Shown here: piece by piece, positions 1 through 9,747 of the stretch | Position numbering within the stretch: the stretch's first letter is position 1 | Layout of the letters: each line of letters starts with the position of its first letter | NCBI GenBank assembly: GCA_016206155.1 | Contig: JACQSC010000004.1 | Location: forward strand, 147,591 to 211,590 | Source: Candidatus Uhrbacteria bacterium | Lineage (GTDB): Bacteria > Patescibacteriota > Patescibacteriia > JACQRZ01 | Length of the DNA: 64,000 bases | Reading direction: 5' to 3' | Program-made: the position numbers and the translations under genes | Notes under the pieces: model-generated | Database searches by the model: none | Told to the model about the DNA's origin: nothing | The model's input: only the letters and a program-made list of their open reading frames with translations

Positions 1-1365
1 GCCGCCGCGTACAGTTGCGCAGCATACAGGTTACCAAGACAATAGGTCGGAAAGTAGCCGAAATAACCGCATGACCAATGCACGTCCTGCAAGCAGCCGC
101 GTGCGTCGTCGGGTACATCAATCCCAAGATACGTCTTCACTTTCTGATTCCAGACCGCGGGAATATCGTCAACAGCAACCGTCCCTTCGATAATCTCTCG
201 CTCTATTTCATATCGGATGATAATGTGAAGATTGTACGTCACCTCATCCGATTCGGTGCGAATCAAAGAAGGCGTAACACGGTTGAGATGGCGATAAAAC
301 TGCTCAAATGGAATGTCGGCAAACGGCTTTGGAAATGCCTTTTGAAGTCGCGGATACATCAATGTCCAAAACGATTTTCCTTTTCCGACATGATTTTCCC
401 ACAAACGAGACTGCGACTCGTGAATGCCGAGCGAAAGTGACTCGCCAAGCGGCGTACCAAAATGCTCTGCGGACAAGCCAAGATCATAAAACGCGTGTCC
501 GGCTTCATGAATAGAACTTCCGATTGAAAAAAATACATTATCACGATCGTACCGTGTCGTGATACGCACATCGCCCGCATGAAATCCTTGGGTAAAGGGG
601 TGAGTTGTTTGATCAAGACGTCCTCGATCAAAGGAAAACCCCATGTGCGCAAGCATCTCCTTGCAAAACGCCTCTTGCGCCGCAGGATCAAAATCTCCCG
701 CAAAAATTGGGTCTGTGCCTGACCACATTTTTGCTATGAACGGCACCAAAAACCCCTTCACCTCTTCAAAAATGGGATCAAAATCCTCAATGGTTGTATC
801 TTGCTCAAACCCATCAAGAAGCGCATTATATGGCGACACTTCATATCCGTAATACTCGGCCTTTTGCCTGTTCAGCTCGATAATTTTTTTAAGCCATGGC
901 GAGAAGATTGAAAAATCAGACTTCGCGCGTGCCTCAACCCATGGCGCGTGTGCATCCGATGTCACCTGAGCAAATTCTGCCACAAATGCTTTGGGTAGCT
1001 TTTTCTCTCGCGTAAAATCTCGCCACACCTCCCGAACAACACACGCCATTTCTTCGGAGAAAATGGGGTCTGGCTCAGTTTTTGCTCCTGCAAAATCTGT
1101 GCCTGACCCCATTTTCTCCGCTGAGCCTGACCCCATTTTCTCCGACCCCATTTTCTCGTGCAATTCTGTTATCAGTTTTTCAAATTCCGGGGAGGTAAAC
1201 TTTTCATGACACAACGCGCTCAACACAGAGATGGTTTGCCCGCGCCGTGCCGCGCCATCCTTTGGCATGTACGTCTCAAGGTCCCAGTGCAAGAGAGCCG
1301 TTGCCGATGAAAGGTGCGTCAGTTCAATAAGTTTTTCTCTTAGCTCTTGATATCTTTTTTGCATA
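1..1365 (-). CDS. M32 family carboxypeptidase (Taq-like), partial: the start codon is at ~1365 and the C-terminus lies beyond the window edge. It carries an in-frame insertion of the dispersed palindromic repeat at ~1058-1158.
   Basis: Hand translation of the minus strand from the ATG at 1363-1365 gives HEAGHA (HEXXH) and DVHWSCGYFGYFPTYCLGN motifs typical of the M32 carboxypeptidase Taq family. The ORF runs off the window, so it is absent from the ORF track. Confidence 0.7.
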
Positions 1366-1496
1366 ATAGGCTGGTCGGGCTGCTGGGAATCGGACCCAGT
1401 CATCTTGGTCCCAAACCAAGCGTACTACCGGTATACGACAGCCCGAAATTATGGATTTATTCTACTCAAATCCACATAAATCTGCAACCCTCTCAA

Positions 1497-1532
1497 TATT
1501 GACTTCATCATTTCTCTCTGCTTTAATTGTTC
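1497..1532 (+). promoter_or_regulatory. Candidate sigma70-like promoter for rfbA: TTGACT, 17-nt spacer, TTTAAT.
   Basis: TTGACT at 1497-1502 and TTTAAT about 17 nt downstream, positioned upstream of the rfbA ATG at 1572. Confidence 0.3.
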
Positions 1533-1571
1533 TGCTATACCCTTTACCCTAAACCCTGTACCCTTCTGCTT

Positions 1572-2480
1572 ATGAAAGGAATCATTCTCGCCGGCGGGAG
1601 CGGCACGCGCCTCTACCCGATTACCCGAAGCGTTTGCAAACAACTTCTTCCGATTTATGATAAGCCGATGATCTACTATCCGCTCTCGGTCTTGATGCTT
1701 GCGCGCATTCGAGATATTCTTATCATCTCCACGCCGCAAGATCTTGGGCACTTCAAAGAAATGTTTGGTGACGGATCACAGCTCGGCCTCAATCTTTCAT
1801 ATAAGGAGCAGGCACACCCGAACGGCCTTGCGGAAGCGTTCATTATCGGCGAAGAATTTATCGGCGCCGATTCTTGTTGCCTCATCTTGGGCGACAATGT
1901 TTTCTTTGGCCATGGCTTTGTCGATCTCCTCGCAAAAGCAAAGAATGACAGTGCGTCGTTTGGCGGCGCAACAGTCTTTGGCTACTATGTCAACGACCCG
2001 CAGCGCTACGGTGTCGTAGAGTTCGATGACTCGGGCAAGGTGCTCTCGGTTGAAGAAAAACCAGTCTACCCAAAATCAAACTATGCGATCACGGGGCTGT
2101 ACTTTTATGACAACAATGTCGTTCGTGTTGCAAAAAATATCAAGCCATCGGATCGGGGCGAACTGGAAATTACCGACGTCAACAAAGTATACTTGGAGCG
2201 AAATAATCTGCGCGTTGAGCTCATGGGGCGAGGATACGCGTGGCTTGATACCGGCACGCACGAGAGTCTCTTGGAGGCAGGAGAGTTCATCGCGACAATT
2301 GAGCGTCGCCAGGGCCTCAAAATCGCCTGCGTTGAAGAAATCGCCTATACGCTTGGGCTTATCACCAAGGATACGCTTCTGAAAGCCGCGCAAGAACATG
2401 ACAAGAATGGCTACGGCGCCTATCTCAAACGTGTCGCGGAGCAAGAACCAACGCCCCAGACTCCAGTTCCAGAGGAATAA
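1572..2480 (+). CDS. rfbA: Glucose-1-phosphate thymidylyltransferase.
   Basis: [18 protein letters not shown] at the N-terminus and overall collinearity with the RmlA family. The track ORF starts at an upstream TTG; the true start is probably the ATG at 1572. Confidence 0.85.
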   Translation: MKGIILAGGSGTRLYPITRSVCKQLLPIYDKPMIYYPLSVLMLARIRDILIISTPQDLGHFKEMFGDGSQLGLNLSYKEQAHPNGLAEAFIIGEEFIGADSCCLILGDNVFFGHGFVDLLAKAKNDSASFGGATVFGYYVNDPQRYGVVEFDDSGKVLSVEEKPVYPKSNYAITGLYFYDNNVVRVAKNIKPSDRGELEITDVNKVYLERNNLRVELMGRGYAWLDTGTHESLLEAGEFIATIERRQGLKIACVEEIAYTLGLITKDTLLKAAQEHDKNGYGAYLKRVAEQEPTPQTPVPEE

Positions 2481-2735
2481 TATTTTGACAAATTTCTTAA
2501 ACTTCCTAGGATATGCTTGGAGGTGGCTCATGAGTATTCCTCTCGAGTCCCGTGCCGATTCGGCGCGGGAAGCAATTAGGGGGCTCGGGCTTCAAGACAC
2601 GGGTCTGGACGGATTCCTGGGAAGGATTGATCGAGCAATGGCTCGACAATCGCCTCAGGAACGGGAGATGGAGCTCCGTTCCATTGAGCAAGACATCGCT
2701 CGGTGGAAGAAAGTTGAGGGAGGGTGAGAAACAAA

Positions 2736-2766
2736 GACGGGCTCTCCGCAATAAAGAGGGCCCGTC
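2736..2766 (+). terminator. GC-rich hairpin downstream of rfbA: gacgggctctc, loop, gagggcccgtc. It may act as a terminator or a processing stem.
   Basis: A 10/11-bp inverted repeat. No adjacent T-tract, so intrinsic-terminator status is uncertain. Confidence 0.3.
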
Positions 2767-2780
2767 AAGATACCAACTCT

Positions 2781-2809
2781 TTCAAAAAGATTCTTTTTGT
2801 GGTATAATA
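2781..2809 (+). promoter_or_regulatory. Candidate promoter for tRNA-Ile: TTCAAA, 17 nt, extended TG followed by TATAAT.
   Basis: TTCAAA at 2781-2786 and tgtgg-TATAAT at 2804-2809, about 40 nt upstream of the tRNA 5' end. Confidence 0.35.
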
Positions 2810-2849
2810 ATAATAGGTATGCATTACGCATGCTGTGTTGTTATTACAT

Positions 2850-2926
2850 GGGCACGTAGCTCAGGTGGTTAGAGCGTTACACTGATAATGTAAAGGTCGG
2901 AGGTTCGAGTCCTCCCGTGCCCACCA
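2850..2926 (+). tRNA. tRNA-Ile (anticodon GAT), with CCA encoded.
   Basis: 7-bp acceptor stem GGGCACG/CGTGCCC, anticodon loop CTGATAA, T-loop GGTTCGAGTCC, 3' CCA. Confidence 0.85.
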
Positions 2927-2997
2927 GTAGATTACCAGGATACACTGCGGAAACATAATGTGAAGGTCACTGGTTCGAGTCCATGTACGCGCGCCAT
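2927..2997 (+). other. tRNA-like 3'-half remnant. It has a T-arm (GGTTCGAGTCC) and a 3' GCCA, but no complementary 5' acceptor strand.
   Basis: Its 3' half resembles the preceding tRNA-Ile, but no cloverleaf can be completed. Confidence 0.3.
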
Positions 2998-3016
2998 TTG
3001 ACAGGAAATACTACGC

Positions 3017-3038
3017 TGTATATACTTTATAGTATATG
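3017..3038 (+). promoter_or_regulatory. Palindromic candidate operator TATATACT-N4-AGTATAT, overlapping the -10 region and start codon of the DinJ-like antitoxin.
   Basis: Inverted repeat visible in the sequence. TA operons are typically autoregulated at such palindromes. Confidence 0.3.
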
Positions 3039-3305
3039 AATACGGTTATCAGTGTAAAATTAGACCTTTCAGTACGGGATTCGGCGCGGGAGGTTGCGCA
3101 GAGCGCGGGATTGACATTAAGCGCACTTATCAATGCGTACTTGCGACAGGTCATTGCTACGCGCCACATCGAACTCTACGCCCCGGAACCCATGACACCA
3201 AAACTTGAAAAGATGATCGGCAGAGCGGAGAAGGATATCGCCGCCGGGCGCGTGAGCAAAAAATTCGCGCGCGCAAAGGACTTTTTGGCAGACCTTAAAA
3301 CGTAG
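3036..3305 (+). CDS. Type II antitoxin, DinJ/RelB-like (ribbon-helix-helix).
   Basis: 89 aa. The N-terminal RHH-like segment resembles DinJ. It sits immediately upstream of a YafQ/RelE-like toxin with a 6-nt gap. Confidence 0.7.
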   Translation: MNTVISVKLDLSVRDSAREVAQSAGLTLSALINAYLRQVIATRHIELYAPEPMTPKLEKMIGRAEKDIAAGRVSKKFARAKDFLADLKT

Positions 3306-3311
3306 CGCCGT

Positions 3312-3572
3312 ATGACCGTTCAATATACGCCCGACTTCAAGAAACAATACAAAAAATTGCAAAAGAAGTTTCGGGCGCGATTTGATGAGCGGCTTAACCT
3401 TTTTCTTGAACATCCAACGCATCCACTCCTTCGCGTTCATCCGTTAAAGGGATCGTTTGCCGGATATTGGAGCATGAACATCACCGGTGATATTCGTGCA
3501 TTGTACAGAATGGATGGCAACGATAGTATTATTTTTGCTCTCATTGGCACCCATAGCAGACTTTACGGGTAG
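3312..3572 (+). CDS. Type II toxin, YafQ/RelE family mRNA interferase.
   Basis: HPLKGSFAGYWSMNITGDIRALYR...IGTHSRLYG matches the YafQ/RelE fold signature (HPLxG...GTHxxLF). Confidence 0.75.
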   Translation: MTVQYTPDFKKQYKKLQKKFRARFDERLNLFLEHPTHPLLRVHPLKGSFAGYWSMNITGDIRALYRMDGNDSIIFALIGTHSRLYG

Positions 3573-3623
3573 AAGCCCCTCTGGACATTTTTTTAATATG
3601 TGGTAGTCTTTTCTTCATTGGTG

Positions 3624-3680
3624 GAAATGGAAATGGGGTCTGGCTCAATTTCCGAAGGAATTTGTGCCTGATCCCATTTC
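3624..3680 (+). repeat. Copy 2 of the dispersed ~50-nt imperfect-palindrome element, intergenic.
   Basis: AAATGGGGTCTGGCTCAATTTCCGAAGGAATTTGTGCCTGATCCCATTT. Confidence 0.8.
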
Positions 3681-3839
3681 GCTCGTTTTCCGCGTCTCTC
3701 GAAGAAAGCGAATGTCAAACATTCTTTTTCTTCGGTAGGCGGTTTAGGTGGAACCGTCTCCGATGCCGTGGGAACAGGGAAGCGACGCCTGTTCTATAAG
3801 CCACGCGGCAGTCCCAGCAGTCGCTATATGGAGCAAAGA

Positions 3840-4017
3840 AATGACGCAACTCGCCGGCCTCCCGATCAATTTGCGCAAGCATTTCGATAGGGAGACAGTC
3901 GCAGAACTGCAAGCACTGTGCTACGTGGAGGGGGACGAGATCGACAAGATCATCACGGCGGCCGAGGCGCATGTCGCCCAGGCCGCGAGAGTTCGGGAGG
4001 TGGCTCTCCTGAACTAG
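3840..4017 (+). CDS. Small hypothetical protein of about 58 aa inside a GC-rich patch. The call is speculative.
   Basis: GGAG sits 7 nt upstream of an ATG. The peptide MTQLAGLPINLRKHFDRETVAELQAL... is helical-looking. An antisense 136-aa ORF (3715-4125) is the alternative. Confidence 0.3.
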
Positions 4018-4202
4018 TGTAAGCGAAGTCGATCGCACGCGCCCGTTGAGCGTCTGCCCCAAGCCCCGCATGGGGGATGGAGGTACAAATATATTGGGGG
4101 CAACAGTACGCTCAACGGGCCCCATTTCATTCTATGGCGTGATTCAATCCCTTCTTTGGCGATTGATTTTTTTTATCTCTTTGCTAGAGTATCTCATATT
4201 GA

Positions 4203-4274
4203 GCCGAGGTAGCTCAGTGGTAGAGCGAAGGACTGAAAATCCTTGCGTCGGGAGTCCGATTCTCCCCCTCGGCA
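4203..4274 (+). tRNA. tRNA-Phe (anticodon GAA).
   Basis: Acceptor GCCGAGG/CCTCGGC, anticodon loop CTGAAAA, T-loop GAGTCCGATTCTC. CCA is not encoded. Confidence 0.85.
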
Positions 4275-4282
4275 ATGAGGAA

Positions 4283-4310
4283 ACCTCCGAAGGGAGGTTT
4301 TTTCATTGGC
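4283..4310 (+). terminator. Rho-independent terminator after tRNA-Phe.
   Basis: AAACCTCC-gaag-GGAGGTTTTTTC: hairpin followed by a T-run. Confidence 0.7.
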
Positions 4311-4419
4311 GAGGGAGCGACAGAACTGCTTCTGTCGTGTGGAGGATTGAAGACCCCATTTTTTTATTCTTTTCCAGTAAACAGGCGATAAATTCTTGTG
4401 CTCAGTCAATCGTATTTCT

Positions 4420-4461
4420 GACTCTCGTGAGAGAGTCTCCACTTTGGTTTCCCAAAGTGGA
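4420..4461 (-). other. Two consecutive hairpins just 3' of the 16S rRNA: a 10-bp stem tccactttgg/ccaaagtgga and gactctc-gtga-gagagtc. They are likely processing or termination structures.
   Basis: Inverted repeats seen directly downstream (on the minus strand) of the 16S 3' end. There is no U-tract. Confidence 0.35.
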
Positions 4462-4634
4462 TCGACTAGTATCGAGATGTTACTCTCGATTGTGTCTCCC
4501 TAGAAAGGAGGTGATCCACCGACAGCTTCCGCTACCGGTGCCTTGTTACGACTTAGCCCTTGTTACCAATCTTACCCTAGGTCCTCGAACGAGGCACTTC
4601 AGGTACTACCGGCTCCCTTGGCTTGACGGGCGGT

Positions 4635-5568
4635 ATCGGGATCGTTCTCTTGTCGTAACAAGAACGTCCCACACCACTGGGCAAACGGTTTTCCCGTACC
4701 CTAGCGGTTCCTATAGTGCTTTTTTGAAAAAGCTCGCATCTGGTCGCGAATATGCAGGACAGCATTAAACCCTTCATCAGTAAGATGTTTTTTCTCTTTA
4801 ATCATAAAACATGCTTGACGAAAGAGTGAATAGACATCCTTCTTCTTCCCTTGAAGTTTGTGCTTGTCGAAGAAGGGGATAACAAACTGACAAAGATCGC
4901 GAACACTGCCTACTTTATACTTCGCGTGAGGCGCCCAATCATATCGCTTGTAGTGGAGATCATACAACGATCCGCATCCGATTGTTGCTTGGATGCGTTC
5001 TAATATCTCCCGATCGTCAATGCGTAGTTCAATCTCGAAAAGAGGACGAAGGTCCACTTTTCGTTTCATGGTTGTATGTTTCGATGCACCAATACAGAAA
5101 CATCCTTCGCCATCAACGAATCCAGCGACATAATTGGGGTCGAGCTTTTGAGCACTAAAGGTTCGGTCCTTCTCCGATTGCGTATCGGATACTATGACCT
5201 CTGCTGACTTCTTGCATTGCGTCGACATATCGTTACCGCTCTGTCTTAATTTCTCAGTGTTAGTATACTACAATTTTATAGTACCCCCAAGAAATACAAT
5301 ACAAGATCTCCCTGGGTCATGTCTTGTCCCGTTTTCCTTCATCTCCGGCATTCTTTACATGCGTACGTTTATTAATGAAAAGATGACTTCTCCCTATACA
5401 CGCGGGATCGTCACGTACCCATGCCTCAACAAATGCTCAAGCTGAAAGATGCTACTTTCATTCTCCACATGTATCCTCGCGGATACATGCTATAATTTCG
5501 CTTCAAAGAATCTTTTCTTTCTTTGGTGTGATTTTCACACACTGGCACAAAACACTACCAGGCGCTCC
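4635..5568 (-). mobile_element. 16S intron 1 (~934 nt, at about E. coli position 1391/1392) carrying a single-motif LAGLIDADG homing endonuclease.
   Basis: The exon sequence GACGGGCGGT at 4625-4634 resumes as GTGTACAAAATCTGAGAACGTATTCACCG at 5569. The intervening sequence has no rRNA similarity. Confidence 0.8.
4701..5228 (-). CDS. LAGLIDADG homing endonuclease, single motif (YVAGFVDGEGCF), encoded in 16S intron 1.
   Basis: 175 aa with a canonical LAGLIDADG block near the N-terminus, on the same strand as the rRNA. Confidence 0.85.
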   Translation of the reverse strand: MSTQCKKSAEVIVSDTQSEKDRTFSAQKLDPNYVAGFVDGEGCFCIGASKHTTMKRKVDLRPLFEIELRIDDREILERIQATIGCGSLYDLHYKRYDWAPHAKYKVGSVRDLCQFVIPFFDKHKLQGKKKDVYSLFRQACFMIKEKKHLTDEGFNAVLHIRDQMRAFSKKHYRNR

Positions 5569-5877
5569 GTGTACAAAATCTGAGAACGTATTCACCGCAC
5601 CATGGCTGATGCGCGGTTACTAGCGATTCCGGCTTCATGGAGGCGAGTTGCAGCCTCCAATCCGAACTGGGGTCACTTTTTAGGGATTAGCTCCGTCTCG
5701 CGACTTGGCGACCCGTTGTGGTGACCATTGTAGCACGTGTGTAGCCCAGGGCGTAAGAGCCATGCTGATTTGACGTCGTCCTCGCCTTCCTCCCCGTTAA
5801 CCGAGGCGGTTTCTCGTGAACAATGCAACACGAGATGAGGGTTGCGCTCGTTTGAGGACTTAACCCGACATTTCACA

Positions 5878-5909
<32 letters not shown>

Positions 5910-5985
5910 CTCAGCGTTCCCTTGCGGGCACTTTCCTGTTTCTAGGAAATTCGCTGGATGTCAAACCCTGGTGAGGTTCCTCGCT

Positions 5986-6022
<37 letters not shown>

Positions 6023-6174
6023 AGATTCCCGTCAATTCCTTTAAGTTTTAGCCTTGCGGCCGTACTTCCCAGGCGGGATGCTTAACGAGTTATCTTATGT
6101 AAACGGCACTGAAAGGGTCGATACTTCCAATACCTAGCATCCATCGTTTACGGCGTGGAATACGCGGGTATCTA

Positions 6175-7176
6175 CAATTATTGTTACGCTCCTGACAAAT
6201 GTCAGAGCGACTCGATTTCACTCGAGTTCCTCATATCGCTAATGAGGTTCGGACTATCTCATCACCTCTTGAAATTGAGGAAGTTGATATACGATCGCTG
6301 GCTGCCGATATGATTCAATCATTAGATTGAGAATCGACTGCTTCTCATAATCAAACCAAAACTTTGAATGAAGTGTTGCTGTCACACCCTTCACAAAGCC
6401 GATGCGTTCCTGAAAAAGCCGTATATCCCTTTCCGTCTCAATTTTTATTTTCCTGTCACATGGCACTTCTCGCGCACGAATACCATTCCACCGAAGAAGG
6501 GTAAGGTAATCCGTGCGAAGTTGTTTATGATTACATGCGAGAAAAATCGTCCGAATAAGCCGGAAGGTTTTTCTCTCATTCTTCCCTCGCCGAAATGCGG
6601 GATATAAACTAACTCCTCCATCGCAACTAAAAGCTGCCTGAAGAAAGTTACGATCATATCCACTGCTTCTCAGCTGAAGCACTGGAATGGTGGCATGCGG
6701 TATACTTCCGTCGGAGAATGACAATGTCCGAAATCCTCCGAACCGCTGAACCAAAGTATTACCGATCTCTTTCGAGTTAACAATCGCCTTAAAGAGACCG
6801 TCTCGCGTCATTCAGAGACGTACTCTCTGTGCATCAAGTGAAAATGCGCCGATCATACTTGATCGAAAAAGATCAACTAAACTTTTTGATTTACAGGCAA
6901 AGTATATTCGCCAACTTTCCTTCTTCTTTGGGGAAACACATCCGTCGGTATAAAGCAAACCGAGAAGTGTTGCCAGGTCTTTTCCAATTGAGGTGCCCGA
7001 CATATAGTCTCTGAGGAGCCCCTTCTTTTTAATAAGGGTTTCCTGCTGATTGACTGTACGAAACGCATTGTTACTCCTAGTATTGTACCATGAGTAGCGT
7101 TCGATTTCCAGTTGTTCCAGCATATAGTCGGGTTTTTTTCCTCTCGTCACCGAGAGGGTGGACCAGATACCATTTG
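6175..7176 (-). mobile_element. 16S intron 2 (~1.0 kb, in the 785-806 region) carrying a double-motif LAGLIDADG endonuclease ORF.
   Basis: Exon GGGTATCTA ending at about 6174 resumes as ATCCGCTTCTCTCCCCACGCTTTCG at about 7177. Confidence 0.8.
6254..7150 (-). pseudogene. Double-motif LAGLIDADG homing endonuclease split by an in-frame TGA at 6812-6814. Motif 1 is LLGLLYTDGCVS and motif 2 is LQAAFSCDGGVS.
   Basis: ORFs 6812-7150 and 6254-6811 are contiguous in the same frame, separated only by TGA. Each half carries one LAGLIDADG motif. Confidence 0.6.
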
Positions 7177-7573
7177 ATCCGCTTCTCTCCCCACGCTTTC
7201 GTCCCTGAGCGTCAGAACTGTTCCAGTACCCTGCCTTCGCTTTTGGTGTTCCTGCCGATATTAAAGCATTTTACTGCTACACCGGCAATTCCAGGTACCT
7301 CTCCCAGCCTCTAGCTCGATAGTATCGTGCGCGGTCCTGATGTTGAGCACCAGGATTTAACACACGACTTACCGGGCCGCCTGCGGACCCTTTACGCCCA
7401 ATAAAACCGGATAACGCTTGGACCACTCGTATTACCGCTGCTGCTGGCACGAGTTTAGCAGGTCCTTATTCGTACGGTACACTCAGAACTTGTTCCCGTA
7501 CAAAAGCAGTTTACGCCCCGAAGAGCTTCTTCCTGCACGCGGCGTCGCTCCCTCAGACTTTCGTCCATTGGGG

Positions 7574-7604
<31 letters not shown>

Positions 7605-7901
7605 TAGGACAGTGTCTCAGTTCCCATGAGGCGGGTCATGCTCCCACACCCGCTACTCGTCGTAGCCTTGGTAGGCCGTTACCCTACCAACTAGCTGATG
7701 AGGCATAGGCCCCTCTTCAAGCGGATTGCTCCTTTACATGAGAATGTCTTATGACCCCTCATGACTATCGGGAATTAGCTCGCCTTTCGGCTAGTTGTGC
7801 CCGACTCGAAGGTAGGTTACCAATGTGTTACTCACCCGTTTGCCACTAGCGCTATCCAGTATTGCTACCGAATAACGCCCGTTCGACTTGCATGCCTTAG
7901 A

Positions 7902-7940
<39 letters not shown>

Positions 7941-8225
7941 TGTTTATGAGTTTGTTGACTCTTGTTTTCTTTGTTGAAGTTTCAATGAAACTTCAGGAAT
8001 TGACTTGCACGTATACAGCACGATCCCGCTTGCGCAGTATCGTTCCGTATACAAATTTATCGCCTTTTTACTGTCAAAGAACTGTTCCTTTTTCCACTGT
8101 TTAGTGTAGAAAAAAGAGAGAAGCCATATTCTTGTAGACGGCCTCACTCTTTTTTCCAAAACCGCTTTACTGTATTGTAAAAGGGGAGTGTTTGAAGGCT
8201 GTTTTGTTGATAATTTACAGCCCGT

Positions 8226-8256
8226 TTATAGTAAACGATAACGACGAACGTGTCAA
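8226..8256 (-). promoter_or_regulatory. Candidate rRNA promoter on the minus strand: TTGACA (plus-strand coordinates 8251-8256), 17-nt spacer, TACTAT (8228-8233).
   Basis: Consensus -35 with a near-consensus -10 at correct spacing, about 280 nt upstream of the 16S 5' end. Confidence 0.45.
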
Positions 8257-8288
8257 TACCTTATGGTATCCACATCATATGCACAGCC

Positions 8289-8951
8289 TTATGCCCCTTT
8301 TGGGGATAATATACCGCCTCTTTTTGTCCGCCAGGCGGCAATGCGCGCGTGATCCCCGCTCAATAGTACCTTGGGGACACGATGCCCGTCAAAAACCTCC
8401 GGACGGGTATACTGCGGATATTTCTTCGTGGTGCCGCTGGTCCATGTCTCCTCTCTTATAGATTCGCTATTACCAAGCACGCCGGGAAGAAGGCGAAAAA
8501 CCGATTCGACAACCGCCATAGCCGCAACCTCACCGCCATTCAACACATAGGGACCGACAGAGATCTCCTCGTCGATGTAATTGGTAATGCGCGCATCGAC
8601 CCCTTCGTACCGACCACAGATAAGGATGATCTGGTCGTATCTGCGGGAAAGACGCGCGGCTTTTCTCTGCGTGAACTGCGTGCCGGAGGGAGAAAGAAGA
8701 ATAGTACGGGAACGCTTGAACTTTTTAATTTTTTTGAGTGTGCGCACCAAAGGATCTATCTTCATCAGCATACCCGCGCCCCCGCCGTACGGACGATCAT
8801 CGACTGTATGGTGCTTGTCGCGCGCACCCATCCGCGGATTATGATAGCGAAAGCGGATGCGTCCCTCCTGTTGTGCGCGCGCGACGATACTCTCGTTCGC
8901 AAATGAGTCAAACAGGGCTGGGAACAATGTCACAATATCAAATGTCATCAT
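8289..8951 (-). CDS. trmD: tRNA (guanine37-N1)-methyltransferase.
   Basis: 220 aa. Motifs ILLSPSGTQF and ICGRYEGVD plus the overall SPOUT/TrmD pattern. Confidence 0.85.
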   Translation of the reverse strand: MMTFDIVTLFPALFDSFANESIVARAQQEGRIRFRYHNPRMGARDKHHTVDDRPYGGGAGMLMKIDPLVRTLKKIKKFKRSRTILLSPSGTQFTQRKAARLSRRYDQIILICGRYEGVDARITNYIDEEISVGPYVLNGGEVAAMAVVESVFRLLPGVLGNSESIREETWTSGTTKKYPQYTRPEVFDGHRVPKVLLSGDHARIAAWRTKRGGILSPKGA

Positions 8952-8964
8952 ATCTCTGCTACGA

Positions 8965-9008
8965 AAAACCCTCTCGGGTGATGAGGGGGTTTTCTTTTTT
9001 TTCTTTTT
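8965..9008 (-). terminator. Hairpin ccctc-N9-gaggg flanked by an A-run and a T-run between the KH-protein gene and trmD. Bidirectional intrinsic terminator or attenuator.
   Basis: Stem-loop followed by TTTTTC on the minus strand and TTTTCTTTTTTTTT on the plus strand. Confidence 0.45.
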
Positions 9009-9020
9009 TGCGCGATGCCG

Positions 9021-9341
9021 CTAAATCTTGAGATCGTCGACAACGTTCATATCCGGAACGTTGGTATGCACATAGGGATTGCGGCGCATTCCTTCCGGTT
9101 CATAGATTTTCAGATTCACACGCGCGTTGTTTTTTGCACCGACAATCTTGAGAAGTGTTCGGAGCGAGCGGGCGGTTTGCCCCTTTCTTCCAATCACGTA
9201 CCCCATGTCTGCGGGGTTGATGTGAAGGGTAATGAGGACACCGCGCTCATCGATTGTCCGTTCGGTTCTGACATCTTCCGGATGATTGACGATTTCGCGT
9301 ACCACCATTTCAACAAACTTTGCGTCAGAAAATTCTTCCAT
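9021..9341 (-). CDS. khpA: KH-domain RNA-binding protein (KhpA/YlqC family).
   Basis: VIGRKGQTARSLRTLLKIVGAKNNARV KH-type GxxG motif. It sits in the conserved rpsP-ylqC-trmD neighbourhood. Confidence 0.75.
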   Translation of the reverse strand: MEEFSDAKFVEMVVREIVNHPEDVRTERTIDERGVLITLHINPADMGYVIGRKGQTARSLRTLLKIVGAKNNARVNLKIYEPEGMRRNPYVHTNVPDMNVVDDLKI

Positions 9342-9420
9342 AGACGAGATAAGTATTCATGATCAGTTTCGCACACTGTCGACCTTTATCCTCCAGTGTA
9401 TTCGTTTTCGTTTTGGAATA

Positions 9421-9738
9421 TTATGCGGTGGCCTTCTCGCTTTGAGCGCCTTCCTTCTGGGGCGCCTCCTTTGCCTTTATTCTTTTTTTGATAATAGGCT
9501 TTCCGCCAACAATGTTGCTCGCGACCAAAAGATTGTATACGGTCGGGGAGGCATGCGCACCCTTGCTTATCCAATAGAGAATCCGATCCTTATCAAGGGT
9601 AGTGGTTTTTGCGGCGGACAGGGGATCATAGGTCCCTACAATTTCGAGGGCATCACCAAAAAGATCGCGCGCCTTCTCTGAGACAACGACGCGATAGACG
9701 GGCTTGTTTTTCTTTCCCCGACGGGCAAGGCGAATCAT
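9421..9738 (-). CDS. rpsP: 30S ribosomal protein S16.
   Basis: MIRLARRGKKNKPVYRVVV N-terminus. The track ORF has 2 extra upstream codons. Confidence 0.9.
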   Translation of the reverse strand: MIRLARRGKKNKPVYRVVVSEKARDLFGDALEIVGTYDPLSAAKTTTLDKDRILYWISKGAHASPTVYNLLVASNIVGGKPIIKKRIKAKEAPQKEGAQSEKATA

Positions 9739-9747
9739 CAGCATAAA

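Noticed and set aside
2398-2872. Track ORFs 2398-2727 and 2552-2872 downstream of rfbA
   Set aside because: They overlap each other, a GC hairpin, and the tRNA-Ile promoter. They have no start context or recognisable peptide features, so they were treated as non-coding.
2927-2997. A second full tRNA gene after tRNA-Ile
   Set aside because: A T-arm and a 3' GCCA are present, but no 5' strand complementary to the acceptor 3' strand exists within 90 nt. It is listed only as a tRNA-like fragment.
3715-4125. Minus-strand 136-aa ORF in the GC-rich patch
   Set aside because: It has no start context and is Arg/Pro-rich in a way typical of antisense GC-rich DNA. The plus-strand 58-aa ORF with an SD was preferred, but both remain uncertain.
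1-4503. 23S/5S rRNA downstream of the 16S 3' end
   Set aside because: No 23S-like conserved blocks were seen between 1 and 4500. The region is occupied by protein genes and plus-strand tRNAs.
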